From: Octopus sinensis
Taxonomy: Eukaryota
Reading direction: 5' to 3'
NCBI RefSeq assembly: GCF_006345805.1
Contig: NC_042998.1
Location: 77,252,001-77,316,000, forward strand
Length of the DNA: 64,000 nt
Each line of letters opens with the position of its first letter. The stretch's first letter is position 1. Of this stretch, positions 1 to 11,512 are shown piece by piece. Made by a program: the position numbers and the translations under genes. Below the pieces are notes generated by a model. It was not told the DNA's origin. It worked only from the letters and a program-made list of their open reading frames with translations, and did no database searches.

Positions 1-371
1 GGTCACTATCATGCACACGGAAGGGAGTGTACTACCTGTACTTGTGGACAATGGTCGAGAAAAAGTATAATTACTATGCGGGGTAGTGTACTTGTGTAGA
101 AAAGAGCAAAGCGGGTCATAAACTATGTTAGATAAAAGTAGATAGTTCCCCTTCAGACATGTTAAAATTTGTTGAGAGATGAGCCCTCAAAGATGCAACC
201 GTTCACAGACAAGGCAAAGTCTGCCTCATTGAGAGAAGGGCTGTTTTAGAGATGGTGTCATGAAAAATGAAATGAATAGTAGTAGTGTAACTTTACAATT
301 TCTCTCTATCCACCTCTCTCTACCTCACATACACAAACACACTCATATACTTGCAGACATACTTACGTAGA

Positions 372-487
372 GGCGAGTGACTTAGTGGCTAAGGTGTTTT
401 ACAAATGATCGTAAGATTGTATTTTCGATCCCTGGGCCGTGCGATGCATTCTGTGCATTTCACGTTGCTCTAATCCACTCAGCTGAC
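372..487 (+). mobile_element. tRNA-derived SINE, degenerate
   Basis: Head GGCGAGTGACTTAGTGGCTAAGG (A-box-like) and TTCGATCCC (B-box-like), then body ...CATTTCACGTTGCTCTAATCCACTCAGCTG; a related copy lies on the minus strand at about 49720-49880. Confidence 0.6.
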
Positions 488-2662
488 AAGGATATATAAT
501 ATTATCACGGAGCCCCGCAATGTGGGAATATAAAGGGCATAGAATCCTGTAAACCGACCTAATGAGCTTTATGAATCAGGAAGGATCTCTAATCCTTTTT
601 GATACATAACTTCATAGACACACATATAATAAAAGATAAGAGACAGAATAATGTTTATCAAGAAAATTCAAGTGTTAACGTGTTTTAAAGAGAGCAAAGT
701 GCAGAAGAATACTTTTGAATGTAGAATTACATATAGAATTCAACAGTGAACAGCAAGTGGAGTCAGTAGGCTATCGTAATCTGTATTTGCAACAACTGGA
801 ACGGAAGTATAAACTATTTATATTAACAGTAAATACATTTACTCTGGAATATTGTCTTTTAGCGTAGCAGTCTTCTTTGACGCAGAAACTTATCATCCAG
901 CGTATGGATACTGTTGTTCAGATCACTGTGTAGTTTAATCAGATGCTGAAGCCATACAACGGCACCGGTGGGAAGATTTAAAAGAAATCATACTTCATTA
1001 TGCAGACAAATAACATAGTAATCACATCATGATTATGATACAATGAAATTATAATTTTACTGCATCATAATTACACTGTACCATCGCCCACGAGAAAATT
1101 TAATGGAATATACTTCTATGTAATAGTAGTTGCACTTATTTGCAACATACTGTTTTTACGAACCTCTGAGTATGTTACCCTCCTAGTATGATTATATTAA
1201 TCATATTTTCAGATACTTCAAACTTTCTACAGCTGAGGCCTCAAAGATACAACTGATCACAAACGAGGCCAAATTTACTTCATTGAGAGGAGGGCCTTCC
1301 ATTGTTTATTAAGCAATTAGAGGCCTGATATATTGCGAAAATATAGTAATAGAGTAAACCATTCTTTTGCAATATGCTAATTCTTCAGTTAATTTTGGAA
1401 AACAATTAAATGAACTCTTTTCGTAGCTAACATATATAGAAATCACTACATAACGACGGAGATTCAGTGTGGTCACACGTCTTGTTTGCAATAGCAGTCA
1501 AATTTCCCTTATACCATATCTCTCCTTTTGATAAGGCAAATGATACGTCAAATAATAAAAGATGTGATACACCAAATGATACTTTTAAACAGGGAAATTC
1601 TATGGCTGGAAATCCCTTAATCGTAAGACTGATTTGTATGAGGTTACATATAAACAACAATAAAAATATCAATGAATCAAATTGTAGTCCTACTGGACTA
1701 CAATTCACAACCCCACACTAATTAACTGTTCGACACAATATTGCAACAGTGTATGTCTATTATTATCTTAAACATTAATATCACGGGAAAGAAAGTGATG
1801 AAAACAAAAATGAATAATAGGCAGCGGAATTAACGTGTTATAGACATTTTCTTTTTTAAGCACAGTCTTTGGAAGAAGAATCCCTTAACGATATGACCAT
1901 TTCTAGGCCTTCCAAAACTAGTTAGAGTAATGCCGTTAATATTCTGTTTATACTGTTGCAACGAAACACCTACAATAAAGACATTAGCAAAGAGAAGATT
2001 ACAGGTGGCCGAAGATCTAAAAAGGAAGAACTCATAATATTTGGTGCAAGTTCAGGCCGTTGGACACAAAAAGGGAGAGTTGGGAAGACGAGTGTGTTGG
2101 GCGTACCTAAGTGAATGAGGTATTGAACAAGCTACTTCCAGAGACCATTATGGTAGCAGTGAAAAATGAGGGGGACAAGACAGTGTACGTTAGGGTCAGG
2201 TGCTAAAATAAAATTGTAGAGTCGGTAATGCCCATGCGTCTAGCTGAGCTGTAAATAAATGCCACTTTGCAGATGCAGTGTAGAATTATAAGTAGTTAAG
2301 GTAAGTGTTGAATCAAGGTTATTCCGTTCTAATTTCACTGTTTAGCCTAATGTTCACAACTTGTTCGATATAAGTTGCGCCAGTAGGAAATTGTATACAA
2401 ATACGAAGATTTCAGGAAAATTTCTACGAATAAAAGTGATTATAAAAGTGATTCGCCAGAGCTCCAGCCCTGCTACGAATAGTCGAAAATGCGCCTGGAC
2501 GTATGAAAGCAAAAAAGCTTAAGAACAACGTGCTTCTTATTTCTATACCACGACTCAGCAACTTAGACAAATGACCTATTTTGTAAAGATTTAGGGGTGA
2601 TCATTACCGTCTGATTAAAATTTTCTGGAAACTCATACATACACACAATCTCTCTCTCTCTC

Positions 2663-3458
2663 ACCCACAAAAGTAACCGAAAACGTTCTCTGTGGGACAA
2701 ACCCGTAGCAGTTCAGGCTTCCACAGCTAGAAAAGCCATTTGATGCGACCCCCAGGCATCAGTCTGCCGATTAGCATTGAGTAGTGTGGTTTTTGTTTTG
2801 CACTGTGATTCTTTTTTGCTGGGTAAAACAGCGACCGAAATAGTTGTCATGCCTCAAAGGGCTTAAAAGGACGCTGCCACCAGCGAGACACAAGGTTACG
2901 AGGGGTTATTACGCTTTAGTAATGGTCACTTATAGTTTGAAAACCAACGTCATTCAGAGTAACTGTCGACTTCCCGAAAGAATCAAAACATCACGAAAAT
3001 TTATGAACTGATCTTAGAGGGCCGTTGCCGAACAATTGACAAAATTGTTGATATGACTAGTGTCTCCTGGAGCTCCTACCAACGATTTTTGAGGGAGGGT
3101 TTATGAATGAAAAGAATTACCGTAAAGAATTTGTGTCTCGCTTGCTCACGGAAAATCAAAAGCAGTCATGACTGAATGCGTTTTCTGGACTGAAAGAACA
3201 GTTGGGAGATGATCCGGACCATTTTTTCGAAGGTCATCACTGGTGACGGAAGCTGATGTGAAAGAGGTAAAGAAAAAACCCACAGATGCGTTAAAAAAAT
3301 TCACTTCGACAGAGCTCCAGCCCTGCTACGAATAGTAGAAAATGCGCCTGGACGTATGTATTGCTTCAAATGGAGAATACTTTGAAAGCGATAAGTAAAT
3401 ATGTAAAACTAAGCGAATAAAATATTGTAAAAGTTCGGTTTCTTTTGGGCACTCCCAC

Positions 3459-3459
<1 letters not shown>
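2663..3459 (+). mobile_element. Mariner transposon relic, internally deleted
   Basis: Translated fragments NITKIYELILEGRCRTIDKIVDM, FVSRLLTENQK and FSKVITGD (first catalytic D motif), jumping to the C-terminal RLDVCIASNGEYFE; stops and frameshifts present; degenerate TIRs AAAAGTAACCGAA / TTCGGTTTCTTTT, ending at TA. Confidence 0.8.

Positions 3460-3460
<1 letters not shown>

Positions 3461-3556
<96 letters not shown>
3461..3556. repeat. (ATCT)n microsatellite
   Basis: Perfect tetranucleotide array seen directly. Confidence 0.97.
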
Positions 3557-3560
3557 CTGT

Positions 3561-3821
3561 ATGCTTTGGTTGTGTTGAAGTCACTTAAGGTCGACCCAGG
3601 ACGGCAGAGTTGCTTGAGAGCAACGCGACACTCGCGGTGCCATTCGCCCTTCCTCGGCCTCTTTTTGATCCACGACTGCAGTTCCGTCTCCATGACCGAA
3701 CTGCAGTCGTGGATCAAAAAGAGGCCGAGGAAGGGCGAATGGCACCGCGAGTGTCGCGTTGCTCTCAAGCAACTCTGCCGTCCTGGGTCGACCTTAAGTG
3801 ACTTCAACACAACCAAAGCAT
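3561..3821. repeat. Perfect inverted repeat (124-bp arms, 13-nt spacer)
   Basis: 3561-3684 is the reverse complement of 3698-3821 (coordinate sum 7382); this explains the near-identical plus and minus ORFs in the track. Confidence 0.97.
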
Positions 3822-4453
3822 TCTATAGGGGTTTAGTGGAGGGGAGGTACGACGACGAGCTCGGGGCGAACCTGGACGTCGACGAGGAGTACCTGACCCG
3901 CCTGTTCGGGACGACTTTCGGGCCAGGGCCCATGGACAACTTCCAGAGATCCCTGGCCTGGCAGTGCTACCGAGAAGCGCTACCCGTTCGGGATAAGCTC
4001 TACAGACACGGCTCGAGAAACACGGGGCCGACCTGCCCGAGATGCGGTCAGAGCGACGAAACCGTTCTGCACGCACTCGTTCAGTGTCCAACAATTTCCG
4101 ACCTGTGGGCTTATGTCGAACAACTGCTGTCACGTGTGGGACGAGTCGGTTTATCAGCTGAGTCTATCGTCAATATTGTCACGCCTCCTTCCTTCAAACG
4201 GGAAGGAAGAGCTATTTTCATCATCCTTGTGGCTATGGCGAAAGAATGTATCTGGTGGACGCGTCTGAAAGGATTGGAAACAAACACTTTCCTCTCTGGT
4301 CAATCTCTCATCAACTTCTTCAAGTACCACTTGAAAAGGAAAGTGAGAGTAGAGAGGCAAGTTTTGTCTAGCGAATGTTTTAAAAAAAGATGGGTGAATG
4401 TAGCAAGAATGGCACGTATGAATGACGAAGCCACCTTGAGCATAGTCCTATGA
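3692..4453 (+). pseudogene. C-terminal part of Tx1-like ORF2 (RT-associated zinc-binding domain); uninterrupted but lacking RT and endonuclease
   Basis: Supplied ORF 3566-4453. The part before about 3692 is the inverted arm; from MTELQSWIKKRP onward it reads as L1/Tx1 ORF2 C-terminus with no stops. Confidence 0.8.
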
Positions 4454-4902
4454 ACCCAGAAATCGAAAACAGAGAGTTGCTTATTTGCAAAAAAAAAAAA
4501 AAAAAAAAAAGAAATATAAAATGTGACTTCATTGACCGAGGTTACCGTGGTCTTTTCCGTAGGCTTTTCTTTCCACGGGTAAACCTCACCTGTCCTCCCC
4601 TTTACACTTCATATTGACATTTCTGTGATAACGATCCCTATTGATCAATTTTTTTTCCTCTCCCCCCCCTTTTTTTTAACCCCCCCCTTTTTTGTCCTCT
4701 TTCTCTCCTTTTACGATCCCTTTTGATCGAAACTCCCCCTTCCTTTTTTTTTTTTTTTTTTTTAAACCTTCAAAAGAAAAGCTCTACCTTGTAATTTGTT
4801 CTATCTGTGTGCAGCCCTGTGTGGCTAATAAAGAAACATATCTATGTATGTATGTATGTATGTATGTATGTATGTATGTATGTATGTATGTATGTATGTA
4901 TG

Positions 4903-6311
4903 TATCTATCTATCTATCTATTTATCTATCTATCTATACACGCACATAGCCATATGCATATGTGTATATATATATATATATATAGCATAAATGAATAAAA
5001 GTGAAATCTTCAGATTAGCCTTTCCTAACTAATGGATATTAGGGTTCACTTACGTTGCATAATTTTTTTTTTATTGGAATCCAACATTTTATTCATTGAA
5101 TACATCTTTATACTAAATAGAAATTATATGTGCACGCACAAAATACTATTGATTAGATATGTAAACCTGTCACATATATGCGCATCTATAGAGAAATTTA
5201 CATCTCCTTAAATATTTGCATGTGTGGAGAGCATTATCATATAAATTAATGTTTAAGAAGCTTTAATCAAAAACAGGAGTTTTGATTAATTTATTGCATT
5301 TCATTTCACTTTGTTTTCTAGGAGAATATTCTGCAGGGTTTCTACATTTTTGGTGCAAATGTGAATTGTATTGACAGATTATGGAAAACTTCGAAGCATT
5401 TTTTCTTTTTTTTTTTTTAATTTCATCAGACTAATCATTAAATGCTAATGCATTACTATCTCCATGGTTGGTTAGAAAGAAGGACTTGAAGAATATAAGA
5501 ATAGGCTGAGGAACAAATGATAGAACTCGATTTTATGCAAATATAGCCTTTCTTTTCCCTTCGATAGAATATATACTTGTGTGTGAGTCGATAACAGTCG
5601 GACTATCTGTATTTCGTATTCCTCCATCCTAGTGCCTAGGGATATATCTCTTAGCAATCATTGATATATAGTCCACTGAGAGATAAAAAATTATCGTTGC
5701 AAATTGTCCCATGCTCATCTGATTTTTCCAAATCAGCGATGCTGTTAAAAAAATATTTGATTTTTATCAGACACAAATAAAATGAATTTCATAAGATTTA
5801 GAAAAAATGCTAGCACGACTGTGAACAACTTTTCTAAATTTCACTTTCTAAATATCTATTCAAGTTCTAATCCTTCGTTCAAGAAGCATAAAACATCTAT
5901 ACTGAAATGTTTTCTTCTATTTTAATTCTAATGAATTTCACAGCGACGGACATATATGATTGAGTTAAGAAAAATCAATGATCAATCACATCAAAATACC
6001 ATTGGATATTTGGCATAAGTTAGTAGGGAGGCGCTGATATTATGGAGTAAGGTATCATCAGATATCATTCTTTAGAATCTATGACATCCGTCTATTTGTT
6101 GGACGAATATATTACAATATTGCATTATTCGACCATACAATATCATATAATAACATTTCGATGATACAAAACAAAGTAATTTGTATTGAAAGTTTTGTTA
6201 CGGTGGGCGGCGAAAGTCTTATAGACATTAAAAAAAATGAAATGATACCTGTAGGGTTGAGATACCAGAAGGTATTTTCGCCTGATGCACTGATTCACAC
6301 ACCGAAGCATG

Positions 6312-6398
<87 letters not shown>

Positions 6399-7785
6399 TT
6401 ATCTATCTATCTATACACGCACATAGCCATATGCATATGTGTATATATATATATATATATAGCATAAATGAATAAAAGTGAAATCTTCAGATTAGCCTTT
6501 CCTAACTAATGGATATTAGGGTTCACTTACGTTGCATAATTTTTTTTTATTGGAATCCAACATTTTATTCATTGAATACATCTTTATACTAAATAGAATT
6601 ATATGTGCACGCACAAAATACTATTGATTAGATATGTAAACCTGTCACATATATGCGCATCTATAGAGAAATTTACATCTCCTTAAATATTTGCATGTGT
6701 GGAGAGCATTATCATATAAATTAATGTTTAAGAAGCTTTAATCAAAAACAGGAGTTTTGATTAATTTATTGCATTTCATTTCACTTTGTTTTCTAGGAGA
6801 ATATTCTGCAGGGTTTCTACATTTTTGGTGCAAATGTGAATTGTATTGACAGATTATGGAAAACTTCGAAGCATTTTTTCTTTTTTTTTTTTAATTTCAT
6901 CAGACTAATCATTAAATGCTAATGCATTACTATCTCCATGGTTGGTTAGAAAGAAGGACTTGAAGAATATAAGAATAGGCTGAGGAACAAATGATAGAAC
7001 TCGATTTTATGCAAATATAGCCTTTCTTTTCCCTTCGATAGAATATATACTTGTGTGTGAGTCGATAACAGTCGGACTATCTGTATTTCGTATTCCTCCA
7101 TCCTAGTGCCTAGGGATATATCTCTTAGCAATCATTGATATATAGTCCACTGAGAGATAAAAAATTATCGTTGCAAATTGTCCCATGCTCATCTGATTTT
7201 TCCAAATCAGCGATGCTGTTAAAAAAATATTTGATTTTTATCAGACACAAATAAAATGAATTTCATAAGATTTAGAAAAAATGCTAGCACGACTGTGAAC
7301 AACTTTTCTAAATTTCACTTTCTAAATATCTATTCAAGTTCTAATCCTTCGTTCAAGAAGCATAAAACATCTATACTGAAATGTTTTCTTCTATTTTAAT
7401 TCTAATGAATTTCACAGCGACGGACATATATGATTGAGTTAAGAAAAATCAATGATCAATCACATCAAAATACCATTGGATATTTGGCATAAGTTAGTAG
7501 GGAGGCGCTGATATTATGGAGTAAGGTATCATCAGATATCATTCTTTAGAATCTATGACATCCGTCTATTTGTTGGACGAATATATTACAATATTGCATT
7601 ATTCGACCATACAATATCATATAATAACATTTCGATGATACAAAACAAAGTAATTTGTATTGAAAGTTTTGTTACGGTGGGCGGCGAAAGTCTTATAGAC
7701 ATTAAAAAAAATGAAATGATACCTGTAGGGTTGAGATACCAGAAGGTATTTTCGCCTGATGCACTGATTCACACACCGAAGCATG

Positions 7786-7858
<73 letters not shown>
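4903..7858. repeat. Tandem duplication of a ~1.47-kb unit bounded by (TATC)n arrays
   Basis: Copy offset is 1477 at the start and 1474 at the end; identical ORFs at 5472/6946 and 6161/7635; (TATC)n arrays at about 4903, 6311-6413 and 7785-7858. Confidence 0.95.
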
Positions 7859-8349
7859 GTCTGTCTGTCTGTTTGCCTGTCTGCCTGTCTGTTTGTCTGA
7901 TTGTCAATCTGCCTGCCTGTCTGTCTATCTGTCTATCTATATATGTACATATATTCACAGACTCAAACACACATGTGCAGGTATATATATATATATTACA
8001 TAATGGTGTAAGATTTATAGCCTTGCATCGATAAGTATAGTCCCAATACGTCATAGTGATGAACAAATATGTATTTAGATGTTATATTTATGTTTCACCA
8101 TATATTACACTAGTTGTAAAAAGGCACTGGATAAGAACAAGAGGTGCTTGTACCTCTTGGGATTACGAGAGAGCCAATCACTCGTCGAAGTGTAGTGATA
8201 TATATGAAGTTAAAGCTTATCAACTCAATTCCCGATGCCAAAGCCTAAATTGTCTTTTACTTACACGTTATTTACTTAAATATATTAAATATTTATATTA
8301 AGTATCTTGTATACGATTTAAATTTCAACTTGTTTAATAACAGACACGA

Positions 8350-10550
8350 AAACCACTGATTCCTACAAAATGTCTGATACTTATTTCAGATCTGATGTCT
8401 AAATTTCTCCATTCAGATTTTGTGTGAAACCGAAACCTCCTATTTTACATTTTTTCTCATCCGCTTCTATTACGAAAGCCGCCTAAGCTACTTTTCCGTG
8501 CCACGTTTTATGTTAAGCATACTTAAATATAATTAGTGAATAGGGTTTTCTCTTTTTCTTTATTCTAGCTTAAGACAGAATAAAGGAGGAAGAATTCTGC
8601 TGTCGGATATACCAACCTTGCGCCCAACTATCAACCTAAAGCGCGTTAGTATTTTGTTGTTTCTATCTAAAGGCAACTTCCTGTTCTTAAGTAAAACTTT
8701 GGTGCTTCCTCTTCCTTTGTCGCTTGTAGGATGACGAACTCTCCTTCAGGAACCAACAGTAATCTCCCACCATATTTGGTATCGTTTTTCCATAACTGAG
8801 ATTTGTTACAGGAAGCGCTCACCATGTTCTTTACTCCCAGCCCCAAGGTTGGCCAGGAAGAAGTCGAGATAAGAATATAAAAAATGCATTTTCAAAGACA
8901 TTCTGCATCCCTGTTTTTCTTAAGATTTAAACTTGATTTCTATAAGCTCACGGTGGTTTTCAGCTTTGTGGGTTCCAAAACAGTTTTTGACAACTTCAAC
9001 AAGAACGGCATGCCCATGCTCCTAGTTCATTCTCATTTAGATTAGATTGAAACGATGACTCGGGTATGACTGCGCATTTGTAGTCCAGTGAAAGCTCCAA
9101 CTTAGCGTCTGTTAATATTCCTTGGAATTTATCCTTTAAATGTTGAAAATCACTACCCTGATGATCCATACACTTCACGCAATTTTTCGTAAGGCCAAGT
9201 TTAATGTGAAGTCAATAACTGCAGGGTATTTCACATTGTGTTTACCAACATGTTCAGTCCGAGATGACCAATAATTTTTTTTGTGGTTGTTCTTGTCATC
9301 TCTGCTGTTCCATAGACACAAAAAGCACATATGCTTTGTGTATCCCAACTGTAACCCAAGAAATAATGATACAACTTTAAGGTCACCACAAATATTCCAT
9401 ATGTAGTCTTTACATTTGATGAGTCTTAGCAGTAGTTCCATTGGTTCATAAGTGTCATTAAGGCCAATGACATATGCTACAGATATCGAAGGTTTTTCAT
9501 TGCCGTTATGAGAGTAATACAGCTATAAGGCTAGCTTTACTATAGTCAATGAACAGTTTCCATTCTTTTGGATCATAGCGAAAGCCAATCCACCAAGTCA
9601 CTGATATCGTGGCAGAAACAAACATTTTCCTTCTGTAAGTAAAATAATAAAAACTGCAAATGGCGATGGCGGTGAAAACTGTAAATAGTGAACTTTGATG
9701 TTTGGCTGCAGAAAATTCCATTCTTGAAGTCTGGAATCAGCAATTCCGCCTTTACTGATGATAAATCCAAATCGTAAACTAAGTCATTGAACACCATTTC
9801 ACCTAACAACTGTAGGGAGCTAGTCGCATCTGAAATATATACGCCAGCTTTCCTTATATATCAATTTCAAAATCTTCAGGTGAATTGATTTCTCTTATCG
9901 TTGCCGTTGGAACTGGTGGTGGAGTTGTTCCGTCATGTGTTACGAGATTATTGCTGATTCGCAGTTTGGGCACATTATTTTTTCACTTGATTTTCTTTGT
10001 CAAAAATAATCAGTGATGTGATTTTTCGGCTCTCGCAAACCATGGGTTCTGAGAAAGGCATAGATATTCTTTTACGATTCATCGAAGCTATTAGCATTGC
10101 ATAGCACTCTGTGCAGCAGGTACGTGGTTCCCAGCACCTCACATTAACTCCTAACTTAACGTCAAAATAATACTTGAAGGCACGTTTAATTTTTGTTGTT
10201 ATGTTTCTGCGTTGTGGCTTAGGTGTATATTGTCTACAGCTATAGTAGAAATTGCCTATGTGATTTCCACACGCACGTCTATTTGATTGCATTTTAATTA
10301 CTATAACATATCTTTAAAAAAAAACGTAGAAAGTAATGATTACAATGTACAAAATAAAAAGAAATACACTCTGTAGTACAAAGCAAATGCTATAAAAACA
10401 CACAGCTTCTTACTTGCTTACCAGCAGAGAGCTTCAACATCCGTTCTACTTGACTGTCACGTAGCGTTGGGCCGTTACTATGCTCTTGATTCGGTGTTGT
10501 CAACTCGAGGTAATTTTATTAATCAAAGTCGTTAGAATTTGTATACAGTT
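8350..10550 (-). mobile_element. Chapaev3-like (CMC superfamily) DNA transposon relic
   Basis: Ordered minus-strand fragments: AFKYYFDVKLG..WEP..CCTEC..MPFSEPMV; WKLFIDYSKASLIAVLL; ICGDLKVVSLFLGLQLGYTK..CFLCLWNSRD; HLKDKF..AKL; HFLYSYLDFF..NLGA..EHGERF; DYCW. Many stops and frameshifts. The superfamily label is from memory of Chapaev3 transposases. Confidence 0.7.
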
Positions 10551-10605
10551 GGTAAAGAAAATTTGCTTTAACCTTGAAAAGCAAGTTTCATATTACTGGC
10601 ATTAA

Positions 10606-10810
10606 CCCTTTCGTTACTATATTTCTGAGATGCTCTGTGTTTCTTTCAATTGTTTTAAATATCACAAAGAATTTAGTAAAATAACTTAGTTCTCGTTCAG
10701 CTAGTGTTAGAAACATAAATTGTGACTAAGGTTTGGTGGAAGAAACTTATGAAAACAAGACATTTGTACTTGAGTCAGAGCCGGTTTCAGCCGGTTTGGT
10801 AATGAAAGGG
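10606..10810. mobile_element. piggyBac-type MITE
   Basis: TTAA|CCCTTTCGTTAC ... GTAATGAAAGGG|TAAA termini, no ORF. Confidence 0.7.
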
Positions 10811-11017
10811 TAAAAACGATTAAAACCAAAATCTGAACGCGGTAGGAAATTTTGCTAAGTGATTTGCATCTTACACAAAATCTAGACCTAGTGTTACACA
10901 CACGCACACACACACAAACACACACACACACACACACACATACACACACTCACATATATATATATATATATGCATATATATATATATCCCAGCGATTCCA
11001 GGAGCAATGTTTTTTAG

Positions 11018-11183
11018 AGGCGCAGGACTGGCTGTGTGGTAAGTGCTTGCTTACCAACCACATGATTCCGAGTTCAGTCCTGTTGCGTGACACCTTGGGT
11101 GAGTGTCTTCTAGTTTGGCCTAGGGCCGACCAAAGACTTGTGAGTAGATTTGGTAGCTGGAATCTCAAAGAAGCTCGTCGTAT
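11018..11183 (+). mobile_element. tRNA-derived SINE (family A)
   Basis: TGGCTGTGTGGT A-box-like and GAGTTCAGTCC B-box-like; homologous to the minus-strand copy at 22721-22892. Confidence 0.8.
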
Positions 11184-11266
11184 ATTTTTCATTTCATCTA
11201 TTTTCAGCTCAGGAGCGGTGTGGCCATGCTGGAGTATATATATATATATATATATAATATATATAT

Positions 11267-11385
11267 ATATTGTTATATTTCGGAATGGTCATTTTGCCAG
11301 TTTAGCCAATAAAAACACACGCACTATATATTTGGTGTTACTTTGGGTAAACTAGCGAAATGACCATTCCGAAATATAACAATAT
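11267..11385. mobile_element. Short hairpin MITE-like element
   Basis: ATATTGTTATATTTCGGAATGGTCATTT pairs with AAATGACCATTCCGAAATATAACAATAT; imperfect pairing continues to about 43 bp; TA-rich flanks. Confidence 0.7.
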
Positions 11386-11450
11386 CTGTTTCAACACACG
11401 ACTTCACATAAAAAATCTTGCACAATAAATATATAAACGTATATATATAT

Positions 11451-11507
<57 letters not shown>

Positions 11508-11512
<5 letters not shown>

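Larger units (their letters stand above)
3561..4840 (+). mobile_element. 5'-truncated Tx1/L1-clade non-LTR retrotransposon with 5' fold-back
   Basis: GC-richer block. The ORF carries the zf-RVT CCHC motif CPRCGQSDETVLHALVQC preceded by LAWQCYREALPVRDKL. The 3' UTR ends with AATAAA (4827-4832) and runs directly into (TATG)n/(TATC)n. Confidence 0.85.

Noticed and set aside
1309-1721. GPCR-like snippets (YANSSVNF, GNSMAGNPLIV, LRRYVVI)
   Set aside because: They are short, lie on different strands or in the wrong order, and are flanked by stops; consistent with chance.
2273-2300. 28-nt segment between TTTGCAG and AAG|GTAAGT
   Set aside because: Stops in all three frames and no further support; at best a non-coding exon.
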